From contig CM068756.1 of NCBI GenBank assembly GCA_035084275.1, forward strand, positions 9,734,001 to 9,798,000: a DNA stretch of 64,000 bases. The letters are read 5' to 3'. The position numbers and the translations under genes are program-made. The notes beneath the pieces were generated by a model. The model saw only the letters and a list, made by a program, of their open reading frames with translations, was not told where the DNA came from and ran no database searches. Shown in pieces: positions 25,127 through 36,394 of the stretch; the stretch's first letter is position 1, and the number at the start of each line of letters is the position of its first letter. Origin of the DNA: Hydrolagus colliei. Taxonomy: Eukaryota.

Positions 25127-26419
25127 AATAGTGATTAATTCAGTAAATATTACAAGAACTGTTGCAATGCATTTTTAAGGGAAGGTCACATCTTGAATTG
25201 ATAGTGAAACAAAATATGTTTCAGTTGTATAAGTGGTTGAGAAGCCACATCATTTATAACTGCTGGAGTACTGAAACACGTCTTGAACACATATTTATTT
25301 ACTGACAGATAAGATAGTAAACAGTATAGAAAAACAGATTCATATTGGTCGCAGTCTCAACCAAAGCTGTAATCTCCAAAGGTCACTTTACTCAAGATGA
25401 ACCATTAATGATTACTGCCAGTCTCCGTTGAAGGCAGGAGATCACTGTGTGAATGTTATATGAAGCCATAAATTATCTGATTTATGTCCTGTTTTCTAAA
25501 AATAAATTATGATTACCACTTGACACTTGCCTTGAGGGATAATATTACAATGGAGTTTTGACAATTGTCGCTTTTAGTTTTTTTTGCAGCCGGCAGACAA
25601 GAGCCAATGTGCATTTCAGGTAGGTTCAGCCAAGGAGATGTTTTGGAAGATCCTGGCTATATTTGGAGTGTAGGGTTGCATTTTTCCTGAGTTTAAAAAG
25701 CAAAGTCACAGTGTTTAAAAATATATATATTTAATTATCCTTGACAACTTCAATATTATTACTTTTTTTTAAAAATGAATGCAAGGTGAAGGCAAACTAG
25801 CTGCTGGTGTTATACCTCTTGGTCAGAGCCTGAGGGAGAGCTCACACAGCAAGGATAACATGATTGGCTGTTTGCCAAAGTTAACTGTACTTATTACACT
25901 CATCCCATGCAGAACACATCCATCTCGTGCTCTGAGCTGACATCCCATTTATTCTTAGCTCCATTTGTCATGAGTGTAATCACCAAAATGAATAGAAACT
26001 TTGTGGCATGATAGATTATAGCCCTAATTAGGAACAAAGAAGAGGAGACGTACACAAGTTGAGCTGTTATTTTTTGTGCCTCTAATAAAAAAGTAATCAG
26101 CCAAGTATGCAAAAAAAATACCCTCCAAGGCCACTGCTTGCCACAGGATAGACAGTCAGGTCTAACTTCAAACTCAGCCAGCAGATATACACAAAGGCTA
26201 CACACTGGTGAGAATTTTCGCAAAGGTCAACCTCATAAGCTAAGGTCTAACTGGAATGCAGAATTTTTACTAAGTTAACATCTCTGAAAAACTGCCCTAG
26301 CAACTAATCTCTTGTGTTCCCTCTCCCCCGACCACCCCCCACACCCCCAATTTCTGAACAACATTCATATCAGAAGAACAATTTTAATACTCACTTCTTT
26401 ACTTCTCAGACTTCGGTGT

Positions 26420-26695
26420 TGATTTGGGGTCGTACATCAAGTTGTAAACGGTACATTCGGGATAAATAGCAGACACTTTGCATCTTGCCCAGTGGGTAAA
26501 TAATGCCGAACTGATTACCAGGAAGTGTTATTGAAGAAAGGACACTAGACTCATTTAAAAAGCAGGTTAATGCTGTAATTGGGGGATGGGGGGGTGGCGG
26601 GGGGAGAGGGAGAAAGAGGGTCAGTAGTGGAGGGGGCTTTCTGTAAGGATATCGGATGGGCCAAAGGGCCTTGTTCATCCAAACCAATCTTGTGA
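26420..26695 (+). mobile_element. CR1 LINE 3' end with G-rich UTR
   Basis: Reads LPGSVIEERTLDSFKKQVNAVIG, then the UTR motif gatgggccaaagggccttgttcatcc; homologous to 32405-32610. Confidence 0.75.
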
Positions 26696-27477
26696 AAACC
26701 TAAAGTAACCAGATTGGGTCCATTGTATAGAGTTCAAGTAAATACTGCATGCAAATCTCACACAACTGGGTTGGAAGAGATCAGATGTCATTGGTTCTTG
26801 TTTGAAGACGAATGAATCGCATGTACGGATATCTATTCAAGAGGGTGGGGGCGCTGGAAGAGAGGAAGGCAGACTCAAGGGCATCCTGCCACATCCACTT
26901 GGTCACTGAAGACGTTCTTGTACAGGATTCACTCAATAGATTTTCTTCATTGGCTCATTTGCAGGGAAATCCCTGCACCACAGGCCTAATTTTTGGCAGA
27001 AATTATTCCACAGGATGAAAGATAATCAGAGCATGTGAATACATTACTTAGCCAGAGTTACCATTGTCTGATGTGCTTCTCAGAAGGGGGAAGGAGATGC
27101 ATTCCTACCCTGAGGGGTGAATTCATTACCCCACAATGCCATTTCATGATCTGACAGTAACACAAGACTTATGTCAACAATAAATTTGTGTGGACTCGTA
27201 CAAGAAAGATCTAAACTGCCACAAAGCTGAGAGCAGTGTTTTACTCATGCTTTCCATTGGTTCCTACTGTACTAACACACAATTCCACAAGATCTTTTCA
27301 TAATCTATAGTACTATATTGACCTCTAAGGCATTAGACTTCTGATGTCATGTACATCTGGTGACAGCTCAAGACCAGAAGTCTATTTCTCATCTGTGAAT
27401 GCATATCATCCATTGTGAGCAAACGTTAATTTAATGTTAAACCTGATTTAGCTCATCACCAACCTTGAAGTCATGAT

Positions 27478-27709
27478 GGAGTCCTGTAGCTCAGTGGTTA
27501 GAGCACTCGCCTTACAAGTGAGTGACCTGGGTTCAATTCCAGATAGGGCAAAAACGATTGTCTGTGGAACACTGCTGTGCGCAATTGGCTGCCGTGTTTC
27601 GCCCACGTATGTATAGTCAATTCACTTTACAGTATACCCTGTGAAGTGCTTTTAGAAGTCTAGAAGACATGAAAAGCACTATATCAAATGCAAAGATTAT
27701 TATTATTAT
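27478..27709 (+). mobile_element. tRNA-Ala-derived SINE, internally deleted copy
   Basis: A-box TAGCTCAGTGG, B-box GGTTCAATTCC, core block and (ATT)n tail; the middle segment is missing. Confidence 0.9.
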
Positions 27710-27809
27710 CATGCTGTCAGTATCCCAACTGAATTTATTTTTGGATTTATCCCAAAACACCATTCCAGATAAAGTGTAACTGAACACTTCTCTCTGAATG
27801 GGAAAAGTA

Positions 27810-28112
27810 CTAACCTGGATTTAGGACACATTTTCGAGATACCTCAAAGTGCTTCACAGGATATATCATAAAATTAATTGACTGCATGTTTTGCCATTTG
27901 TGCTCTTCAGTGTCCCACAAACAGTCACGCATTGATTTTTTTTGGCAGGGATTACAACTGACGGAAAAGCAATCCACCAATCGACTAACAATCAGGTTCC
28001 TACTTACTGCTAGGTAAACAGGCTTCTGGATTATGAAAACTTGCCTATATTTTGCCATGCCTGGTCCTCTCACGTATGAGGTGAGTGCTCTAACCAATAC
28101 AACTAGAGGACA
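27810..28112 (-). mobile_element. tRNA-derived SINE, long subfamily, degenerate
   Basis: Reverse head gagtgctctaacca, the long-subfamily segment ggttcctacttactgctaggtaaacaggc, and the tail. Confidence 0.8.
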
Positions 28113-28434
28113 TCAATATGATCAGTACAAGTAATAACGTACAGTACAACAACCTATTATGCTCTCTGGGTATACAATCTGAAGAGCTGGATCTCAACAA
28201 GTTTTTCCCCCCACCACCACAACCCTGGAATGTCAGTGCTGTATTAGATATCACATGTAAACCCAACTAGAGAGGTTGGCTAGCTGGAAGAATCGCCAGC
28301 TAACACATCACGTAACACGCCCCTGCAAAGCCTAAATCTTGGAAATCCTGTTACAAGTTTCTATTTCTTTTGATGCATTTGCAAAACACCAATGCAGATC
28401 ATCAGCAAAAAGCAAAGCAACAACTCCAAATTAA

Positions 28435-28530
28435 TGATAATAATATTTACATTTCATATAGCACCGTTCATGTCGGGAGGACATCTCAAAGTGCTTCGCC
28501 CGGATATATTGTAAAGTACGTGATTGTTTT
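28435..28530 (-). mobile_element. SINE/L2 tail fragment
   Basis: tatagcaccgttcatgtcgggaggacatctcaaagtgcttc. Confidence 0.75.
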
Positions 28531-28540
28531 GTGTATGAAT

Positions 28541-28815
28541 AAATAATAATCCTTGCATTTGAAGGAACATTTCTAGATGTCTCAAAGTGCTTCACAGAAT
28601 ATACTGTAAAGTGAATTGACCATATATTTGTGGGAGAACGCAGCTGCTAATTGCGCACAAGTCGAGGATTGAATTGACCAATTTTATTTTTTGAGGAATT
28701 ATTATTAGGCATGTGGAGTAAATAAATTTGCCCAAGGTTTCGCCCTATCTGGAAATCGAACCCAGGTTTCACGCTTGCAAAGCGAGTGCTCTAACCACTG
28801 AGCTACAGGACTCCA
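28541..28815 (-). mobile_element. tRNA-Ala-derived SINE, near full length (short subfamily)
   Basis: Ends in tcgaacccagg...gcttgcaaagcgagtgctctaaccactgagctacaggactcc (reverse head); tail aataatccttgcatttga. Confidence 0.92.
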
Positions 28816-30329
28816 CAAATTGATTTATTTTGAATAATTAATAAAAGATTCTAGTGGCCAAATAGTGTAAAAATAAAGTAGCACTTTCACCCTCTGTTAC
28901 TGAAAATATATCTGAGAATCTTTTAATCAATGGGCCAAAAAATACAATTTGATTACTATTGGACAATTTGTCATAAATATTAGTGGAAAAAAAACTAAAT
29001 TCATAGAACATCCTAACCCATCACATCAATATACCAAAATAATGAATTGCTACTTGAAGAAACCTCACATAAATTATATGAAGTTAGCAGATGACGATCT
29101 TAACAATTCAATACCTTAATCTGAACACAGTAGCTGTTCTAATTATTAAAGTTAAATGTGGTTTTGTATGACGCTTCATAATTTAATCACAGGCTTGTCT
29201 TTGTCAGAGAAAAAGTGGCTGATCTATTCAGAATGGATGGCTATATAATAATTAATATTGGTAAAAAAAAGCCCCTTTTTGTGCCCTACTTCATATGCTG
29301 AAGGTGACACATAAGATGAATACCGTGTCAAACCGTGGGTTTACCTTAAAGATGAGGTAATTATACCATGAATGCAATTGTGACACATGGGTTTTATATT
29401 GATAGAGGCAAGCAACTAATTCAGAAACAGTCACAATACTGAGAATGTTTAGTTTATCCACAAGTGCAAAAATATCCTAAATATTTCAATATTATTGCAA
29501 TGCAAATGGAGGGGAGTTGTGGAGGGAAGTCAAATTAAGTTAATCCAAACATTCTCAACCAAGCTACATTTTATATTTAAAATGTTTGACATCACCAACA
29601 ATTACACCACATACATCATAAGTTCATTGGTAACACTGACAGTCACTCGGTAAATGGAGTTCCATGAATGTTTGCAGTTAGCTTCTGTGGGACCCTTGTT
29701 GTCTTCTTTACAAGCGACACAATGAAGAAACCTTAGCCCATTGGCAGCACTGATTTCTCAAACAAAACTCAAAGTTACTATCACTGCAAATCATAGACTT
29801 TTTCATACAATCACAAAACATAGCTCTTCACCCTTCCTGCTCCATTCCTCCCTTAAAACCATAGCAAAAATATGTCCTTGTGCCAAAAATCAAGGTTATC
29901 AACATCCTTAGAATGGCAAAGGAAAATGATTCTTTTCTGAGACAGTTGGCAGGTTTTAGGATTTGGCAACAGATCTAAGATCCTTAACCATCAGATGTAT
30001 TGTATCTCCTATAAACAGTCTTTCCTTTACATGATTTGTCCTTGTCTTTTGGAGGTCACGGATTTCTCTCCTGAAGCAGAGTGGACGATAACTGTGCTCA
30101 CATCAGAGTTGGAAATACTGCATTGGAAATAGAGAGAGCATTCTCTAAGGAATCATCCAGTAGAAGGCAGGAGAGTGGCAAGTGATGCAGAGAGTTTCTG
30201 AAGGTTAACAGATGTTCATTCATGTGCTAAGTGAGCTGCAGTCTAAGCAGAGAAAAAACGACGAGCTTGAACTTTGTTATCAAAGCAGTCTAGAATTGGT
30301 GCTTACAATCCTCACTGATTCTCTGGTGA

Positions 30330-30480
30330 TAATGAACAAGGGAAGAGTGAAGTTAGAAGCTGAAGCAGCAAAGATCCTACAAAGAGAGCTTGACAGGCGA
30401 TGCACATGGGCTGATGAATGGCAAATTAAGTTCAATACAAATGAATGGCAAGTATTGCATAGAGAGAGTTAAAAATGAAG
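30330..30480 (+). mobile_element. CR1 LINE reverse transcriptase C-terminal fragment
   Basis: LQRELDRRCTWADEWQIKFNTNEWQVLH matches the CR1 motif LQxDLDxLxxWAxxWQMxFNxxKCxVLH. Confidence 0.88.
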
Positions 30481-30534
30481 CAGAGGGACTAGGCCTTAGT
30501 TGAGGATACTCTAATGTTCTGAAATTGTTTGTAC

Positions 30535-30665
30535 ACTCCTATGACTGTTTATAGGCAATGCTGTGCGCAAATTGGCTACCAAGTTTACCTACATAAAACA
30601 TAATCCCTAATCCCTACATTTCACAATAAAACCCTGTGAAGCATTTTGAGACATGTTAACAAGAC
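30535..30665 (+). mobile_element. SINE 3' fragment
   Basis: atgactgtttataggcaatgctgtgcgcaaattggctacc...ccctgtgaagcattttgagaca. Confidence 0.8.
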
Positions 30666-30687
30666 ACAGCCACTGCACTTTATTGCA

Positions 30688-30812
30688 GTAATAATAATAA
30701 TGTTTGCATTGATTTTGCACCTTATCGTGTCTTTGAGGCATCTCAAAGCGCTTCACAGAATATATTGTAAAGTGAATTGACTATATTTTGGCTGCCATGT
30801 TTTGCCTACAAT
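30688..30812 (-). mobile_element. SINE 3' fragment
   Basis: aataataataatgtttgcattga...catctcaaagcgcttcacagaatatattgtaaagtgaattgactat. Confidence 0.85.
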
Positions 30813-30904
30813 TGTACTAAAAAAAACATTTTCTGAACTGCAAATATTTCTACCTTTTATTTTCAAAACATCCATTTGCTTGTAGCCCACTTTATGTCAC
30901 AGCA

Positions 30905-31275
30905 AAACCAACACTGTGTTCAGTACTCCAGATGCAGCTTCACCAAAGCTCTATGCAACTCAAGCATAACTTCTGGTGATCTGAACTTAACTGATTTGGT
31001 AATGTAGCCTAGTGTATAAATGCTTCCCTTTATTGTTGCCTCATTGTTTTGACATGGAGAGAGCAATAAGTCAACTCCTACCCAATACCTCTCAGCATCC
31101 CCCTTGGCATCCACCCATAAAATAAACTGCACTTATTTTAAAACTTTCTTTGTGCAATACCCTGGATTCATTTGTATTGAGCTTCATGTGCCATTCATCA
31201 GCCCATGACATAGCCTGTCAAGCTCTCTTTGTAAGCTCTTTGCTGCCTCTTCTTGTGTTTCATCAATTGTAATAT
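30905..31275 (-). mobile_element. CR1 LINE ORF2 fragment (frameshifted)
   Basis: EAAKSLQRELDRLC...TLGYITKSVKFRSPEVMLELHRALVKLHLEY corresponds to CR1 LGxIxRxxxxRSxEVxLxLYxALVRPHLEY. Confidence 0.9.
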
Positions 31276-32404
31276 CTTTATGAGGATCATCGCAGTACTC
31301 GAGTTGCCTTCCTTCATGCAACGCTTCGAGTTGTGCAGTTATAATAGTATCACTTACCCTGTTTTGTTTCAGCACGGTTATATAAAACAACACATTATAG
31401 AGGGAGCACAGACTAATTCAATGTTGGACTGCACTGATGTACATAAGCTGTTCAAGCTGTGCTCTCATGCTTTACGATGCCATGAATACCCAATCTGAAA
31501 TACAGTTGTGAAACTAACTCCACCGTACAACACAGTTTTTGCATTCTTTTTAAACATGCGTCTCAAACCACTTGAAGCTCTACCATTCCTGAAGTTCACA
31601 GGATGAAGCCTGTTGTTTGATTACAGCATTTTAAATTGACAAACAAACGTGCGTGCCTGCCTCTGGGCGCTCACTTCTGGCGTGTGCCTTTGTACTGCGT
31701 CCGGGCACTTTCAACCTCACTTTAAGATTCACCTTTGATTGCACTTTTGGTCATCTTTTTATTAGTATTATATCACTCCCCCACCCCTCCCCTCGCAAAT
31801 CATGTATCCTGCCAGCCATGTCAAGTATTCGACACGTTCCCCTAATATAAAGCGACTTATATAAATGGAAAGTTACTGTAGAGTGTGCCCTTAGGCCTAT
31901 CTAAGGATGCACCTTGAAAACACAGGTAGTTTCACTGATGTGAACCAATGCAACTTTTGTAACTTAGTCAATGTGCTAAGGCACCTTCAGCGATGTAGAA
32001 CTCTCAAGCTCTGTTTGATAGTGCAGCCTCTGAGTGCTGCATGTTACTCAGGCATAATTAAGTGCATATTCTTTTACATTAACTCAGACATTATAATAAG
32101 TAATAATACTTTCTGCCTGACTTGGTTGTTTGCACACACATCATACGAGTATAGAGAAAGAGGTCATAGGAGACAAATAATTCTCAATAACACTATTCTA
32201 TATTGCTAGCAAGAACTAAATGTCATGGTGGCAGAAGAATATTAACTATGATGTTACATTTAAATAGAATCTTTCATAGCGGGAGGACATCTCAAAGCGC
32301 TTGAGAATGCTAAATGGTTATCTGAGTTGGGGTGATTATGGTGATACGTAAAAGAAACAGCAGAGAAATATATAAGGAGGAAAAAGATTCCATGGAGACT
32401 AACT

Positions 32405-32610
32405 TTACCACTTGACTTTCTAGTCAGGACAAATTTCTTTACTCAGAGGGTAATCAGTCACTGGAACAGGTTTCTAGGGAAGCGAGAGGGGTTAGGACAC
32501 TATGCATATTTGTAAAGCAGCTTGATGCTGTGATGGGCACACAGTGAGTGTTCTGGAAGGAAGGGCCTAAAGTCCTTCTTTATCCAAACCCAACTTATGA
32601 TCTTGCGATG
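32405..32610 (+). mobile_element. CR1 LINE 3' end
   Basis: ttctttactcagagggtaatcagtcactggaac (FFTQRVISHWN)...aagcagcttgatgct (KQLDA), then the UTR. Confidence 0.85.
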
Positions 32611-32702
32611 CGATGGCAGGTCTGTGGAGCAATTTTGTCTCTTTATTCCTGTCATATGATTTGTTATTACTACAATTAAAAATCCTTTGTTCGATAACAT
32701 AA

Positions 32703-33013
32703 GGAGCTCCTGGGGCTCAGTGGTTAGAGCACTTGTCTTGCAACCCGGGGAGACCTGTGTTTGAATCCAGGCAGATCAGGGCAAAACCTTGGGCAAGTTT
32801 CCTTATTCCACACGCCAAATAATAATCCCTCCCAAAAAAAACACAATAATAAAAATTGGTCATTTCAATCCACGACTGTCTGTGGGACACTGCTGTGCGC
32901 AATTGGCTGCCGCGATTCGCCCACAATTCACTTTACAGTATATTCTGTGAAGCGCTTTGGAACGTTGATAAGATGTGAAAAACGCTATATCAAATGCAAG
33001 GATTATTATTATA
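32703..33013 (+). mobile_element. tRNA-derived SINE, full length (short subfamily)
   Basis: Head ggctcagtggttagagcac, ccttgggcaagtttcctta, core tgtgggacactgctgtgcgcaattggctgccgcg, tail aagcgctttgg...gtgaaaaacgctatatcaaatgcaagg(att)n. Confidence 0.93.
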
Positions 33014-33044
33014 ATCAGTACATGTTTGAAATTTTTATTTTACC

Positions 33045-33173
33045 ATAGATAGATATATATATATCTAGATACACACACACACACACGTACTTTAAGGTGT
33101 ATCCTGTGAAGCGCTTTGAGATGTCTCGAAGACGTGGTGAGGTACTGTGTCACATGCAAGGATTATTATTATT
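33045..33173 (+). mobile_element. microsatellite plus second SINE tail
   Basis: TAGA/TA/CA runs, then cctgtgaagcgctttgagatgtc...atgcaaggattattatt. Confidence 0.85.
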
Positions 33174-33189
33174 TGTGAATAATCTTGTT

Positions 33190-33370
33190 CCCACAATAAC
33201 AACTTGCATTTATATAGCACCCTTCATGCGGGATAGTGTCTCGAAGCTCTTTTTTTATTTGCAATAAAAAGGTGCACATACGGCATTCATTATGTATTGA
33301 AAATTATACAACAACAAAATTAGATGTGTATAGCACCTTTCACGTCAGGAGGACGTCCCAAGGCACTATA
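33190..33370 (-). mobile_element. two short L2-type tails
   Basis: aacaacttgcatttatatagcacccttca (a tail type also at about 37755, 39130 and 48435) and acaacaac...tagcacctttcacgtcaggaggacgtcccaaggcact. Confidence 0.75.
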
Positions 33371-33706
33371 CCGACTAATGTAGCAGATTTCCAATAAATG
33401 CTAATTGTTATAAACTCTAGACCACCGCAAACCCGTTGAGTTACAAACAAGGAAAATCTAATTTGCGCATTAATCGGAACGTTTTCCTTAAAATCCTTCA
33501 AAGCCTCCAGGTTTATGCCAAGTGAAGTGAGAGTGTGGATGCATCACTGCATTGTCGGGAATAGCTCCTATAGTTAAGGTACCATTCAAATCCATCACAG
33601 ATAAGAATGTAATAGACCAACTGTTCCAAAACAAATCACAGATGATGTCTTTCAAAGAAACTTTATTTTGCAACGCGCACTGGGGAAACTTCACAAAGAG
33701 CCTCCT

Positions 33707-33721
33707 GCTGCCCTCTACTGG
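33707..33721 (-). promoter_or_regulatory. CTCF core motif
   Basis: Minus strand CCAGTAGAGGGCAGC fully matches CCASYAGRKGGCRS in unique sequence. Confidence 0.55.
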
Positions 33722-34397
33722 AATAGTGAACAATTGGCAAGCTGTAGCCAACAAGCTACAACACGGGTTTCAAGTATCACAAAAGAATATAATACAAATA
33801 TTAATCCTTGCATTTGATAAAGCATGTTTTGTGTGTCAGCAGAGTGTATCAGAGTACATCACATGATTCTCCTTTTGTGTACACAGCACACGCAAAATGA
33901 GAAAAGTGCATCTAACCCATCAAGCCCAACCTTCCCACAAATAATGTAAAATCGAATCTGTTATTGGGCTCAAACCCATTCGTTCTAATGGGAAAAGTTC
34001 TGGAATAGATCGTTCCCCCCCATTCAAATAACCCCAGGATAGTCATTTATACATCCCTCTTTAGACAGATTACAGAGAGGTAAAGTTATAAAACCATGTT
34101 GTGTTTAACTTCTAGTTGTCACTGTATTTGACAATACAGTACTTCATTGCAAAGTGCTGGAGACCCTTGCTGGGTTATATTCAGTTGCTGTAAGAATAAT
34201 ATTTTTTTTACTGTATATCCTATGAAGTGCTTTGACACATCCCCTGGATGTTTAGAGCAAATACCAAATATAAGCATTATTAATATTGTTGTACCACAGG
34301 ACATGTTTTGCGACAAGCTAAAAATAGCAGAATACCTCAGGCGTTGGACAATCACTTTTTGCAGAAACTTTATTAATTTTCCATTTATTAATTATAA

Positions 34398-34474
34398 TTA
34401 TGTTCAAAGCACCTTCCTGTTTATAATCAAATCAAATTATTGCAAATAAACAGGAAGGCGCTCTTTAAACATAT
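34398..34474. repeat. imperfect inverted repeat with a perfect 13-bp core
   Basis: ccttcctgtttat (34412-34424) and ataaacaggaagg (34446-34458), extended by tatgttcaaagc / gctctttaaacata. Confidence 0.85.
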
Positions 34475-34585
34475 TCAGACAATCAGAAACAAGCCAAGCC
34501 AACAGTTGCCTGGAGGAGGGACAGTAAGAGACACTGTCTGAAGTTGGCAAGTTTCCCTTTCTCCCCGTACAAAGACTACATTGAT

Positions 34586-34606
34586 GGGGGGGGGGGGGGG
34601 GGGGGG
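34586..34606 (+). repeat. poly-G tract (G21)
   Basis: Homopolymer; a C15 tract lies at 34946-34960. Confidence 0.95.
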
Positions 34607-35010
34607 AAACATTGTTATTTACATTACCACAGCGAGCAATAGGTCTTTCCTTGCCATTGCTAAAACAAAATTGCTGGTAAATGCAAAGGAAATGGAAAGC
34701 CAAACAGCATCTGCCCCCAAGCCTAAATTGTTCATCACAATCCAAGAGATTAACCCTCTCAGGGAAATCTATTGATGAATGGAGCACCAGCCCATCACAA
34801 CACAGTGAGTTTGGTTTCGGTGGATTATAACTCGGTGAATGATACCAGGGCAACTCCCATCATATAAAATTAACATGGAGATTCACCATAACCAAAGGAT
34901 TAATATGAAGGGCAAAAGAAAATAATAACTCAGCAGTCAACAACACCCCCCCCCCCCCCCAACCCCCACTTTGTTTTTTGGGTACAAAGTAGAAAGAGAT
35001 AAAACTGTCC

Positions 35011-35057
35011 AGCTGTCAACTCCAATCCTTAGCTGTCAACTCCAATCCTTAGCTGTC
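35011..35057 (+). repeat. 20-bp tandem duplication
   Basis: agctgtcaactccaatcctt twice, plus agctgtc. Confidence 0.95.
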
Positions 35058-35284
35058 CAGCAGAGGGAGCCAATGTGTATTTCAATCAGCAACAAAGGAC
35101 GATCAGAATTAAGGTTGTCAAGAGCAGAACATCTGGCAACAACTGCAAAACTTGCAGTTCTTAAAAAAACCTCACTACAGCACTGCATCTATAAGCAGCA
35201 AGTGTGGAGGCCTGTGTGATTGGGAGTATTTTCCGAGAATCCTTCTATTGTTTGCATTTCAAGAACTTAACAGAACGAGTAACA

Positions 35285-35660
35285 TTAACCCTTGCAACAT
35301 CAACCCACATCACATCAAATGTCTCAAAGCTCTTCAGATTTTTATTTCTGTCAAATGTAACGACAGTATATTTGCAGGCAAATGCAGCAGCAAATTTGTC
35401 AAACGGCAGTGAAGAGAATGTCTAATTTTATTCAGGGGCTGAGGAACACTACACCAGGAGAAGCTCTTTCCAAATAGTCCTCCTCTTTCCAATAGTGCGC
35501 CCACCAGCACAGTCAGGTGGGATCTCAGTTTAATCAATAGGTAACAATGTACGATTCATCCCGATATTGTTCTGAATTGTCAGCCGAGCAAACACTCACG
35601 TTTCAATGTGGGACTTGAACCCACAAAATTCTGATCCCATATGCCAGAGTGCTATCAAGT
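35285..35660 (-). mobile_element. DeuSINE (SacSINE1-like), full extent, very degenerate
   Basis: Reverse head gtgggacttgaacccacaaaattctga...agagtgcta, Deu remnants (acaccaggagaagctc, aatagtgc) and tail gtctcaaagctcttca. Confidence 0.7.
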
Positions 35661-36394
35661 CCATTTCTTTCACTGAAAGTGTACAATTTGCCCAATCGTG
35701 GAGTCAGCCCCCTCTATTTAACCTCTTCATGGAAGGCTTTGCAACAACCCTCCTAGCCCTCATAACTAGCAATTCAAAAATCCAGAAAGTTCCTGCATTA
35801 TTCCACTTTGAATTGTTGCTTTTTTTAATACAGGTGATACTTCAATGGACCAGGCAGCCTGGGAATCACCTTTATGCACTAAATATTTGATCGTCTCAAT
35901 CAATATTCACCTCCCAGTCCATTCCCCTTCCTATTAAGACTCATTTCTCCCTCTCCTGTATTCACTGCTCTGCTCCCTGATTTGCCCCGCCCCACATTCC
36001 AGCATAATTTCCAATCCTATTTCATATGTAGATTTGAGGCTTTTAGCGGTTTGGCTTCTCACCCTCCTGGGTGCAATTCTTTTAGATTCGGGAACGTTTG
36101 CTATCCTATGGGTCCTGCTCACATCAATATATTTATGTAGAGGCTGGCCAGAAGTGTACCAGCTGCAACGGAGAGAAAGTATTTCCTCCACATAAATGCT
36201 GCACTTGCATCCATTTGCACGTGCGTGTTCAGAATAATGCATTAATCCAACAGGATGGAAAGCGCATTCATTTCAAAACACACAACACTGTGCAACAATG
36301 TCACAAGAACCTAATTTTAGCATATGCCGGGAGACCTATTTAATAATCTTTGCATTTGATATAGTGCGTTTTTAGTCCACCAGCATAAAACATG

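Noticed and set aside
27478-27550. tRNA-Ala gene (also 28745-28815, 39485-39553, 54648-54720, 60969-61040)
   Set aside because: A/B boxes and an anticodon arm are present, but there is no acceptor-stem 3' half or terminator; each continues into the SINE body.
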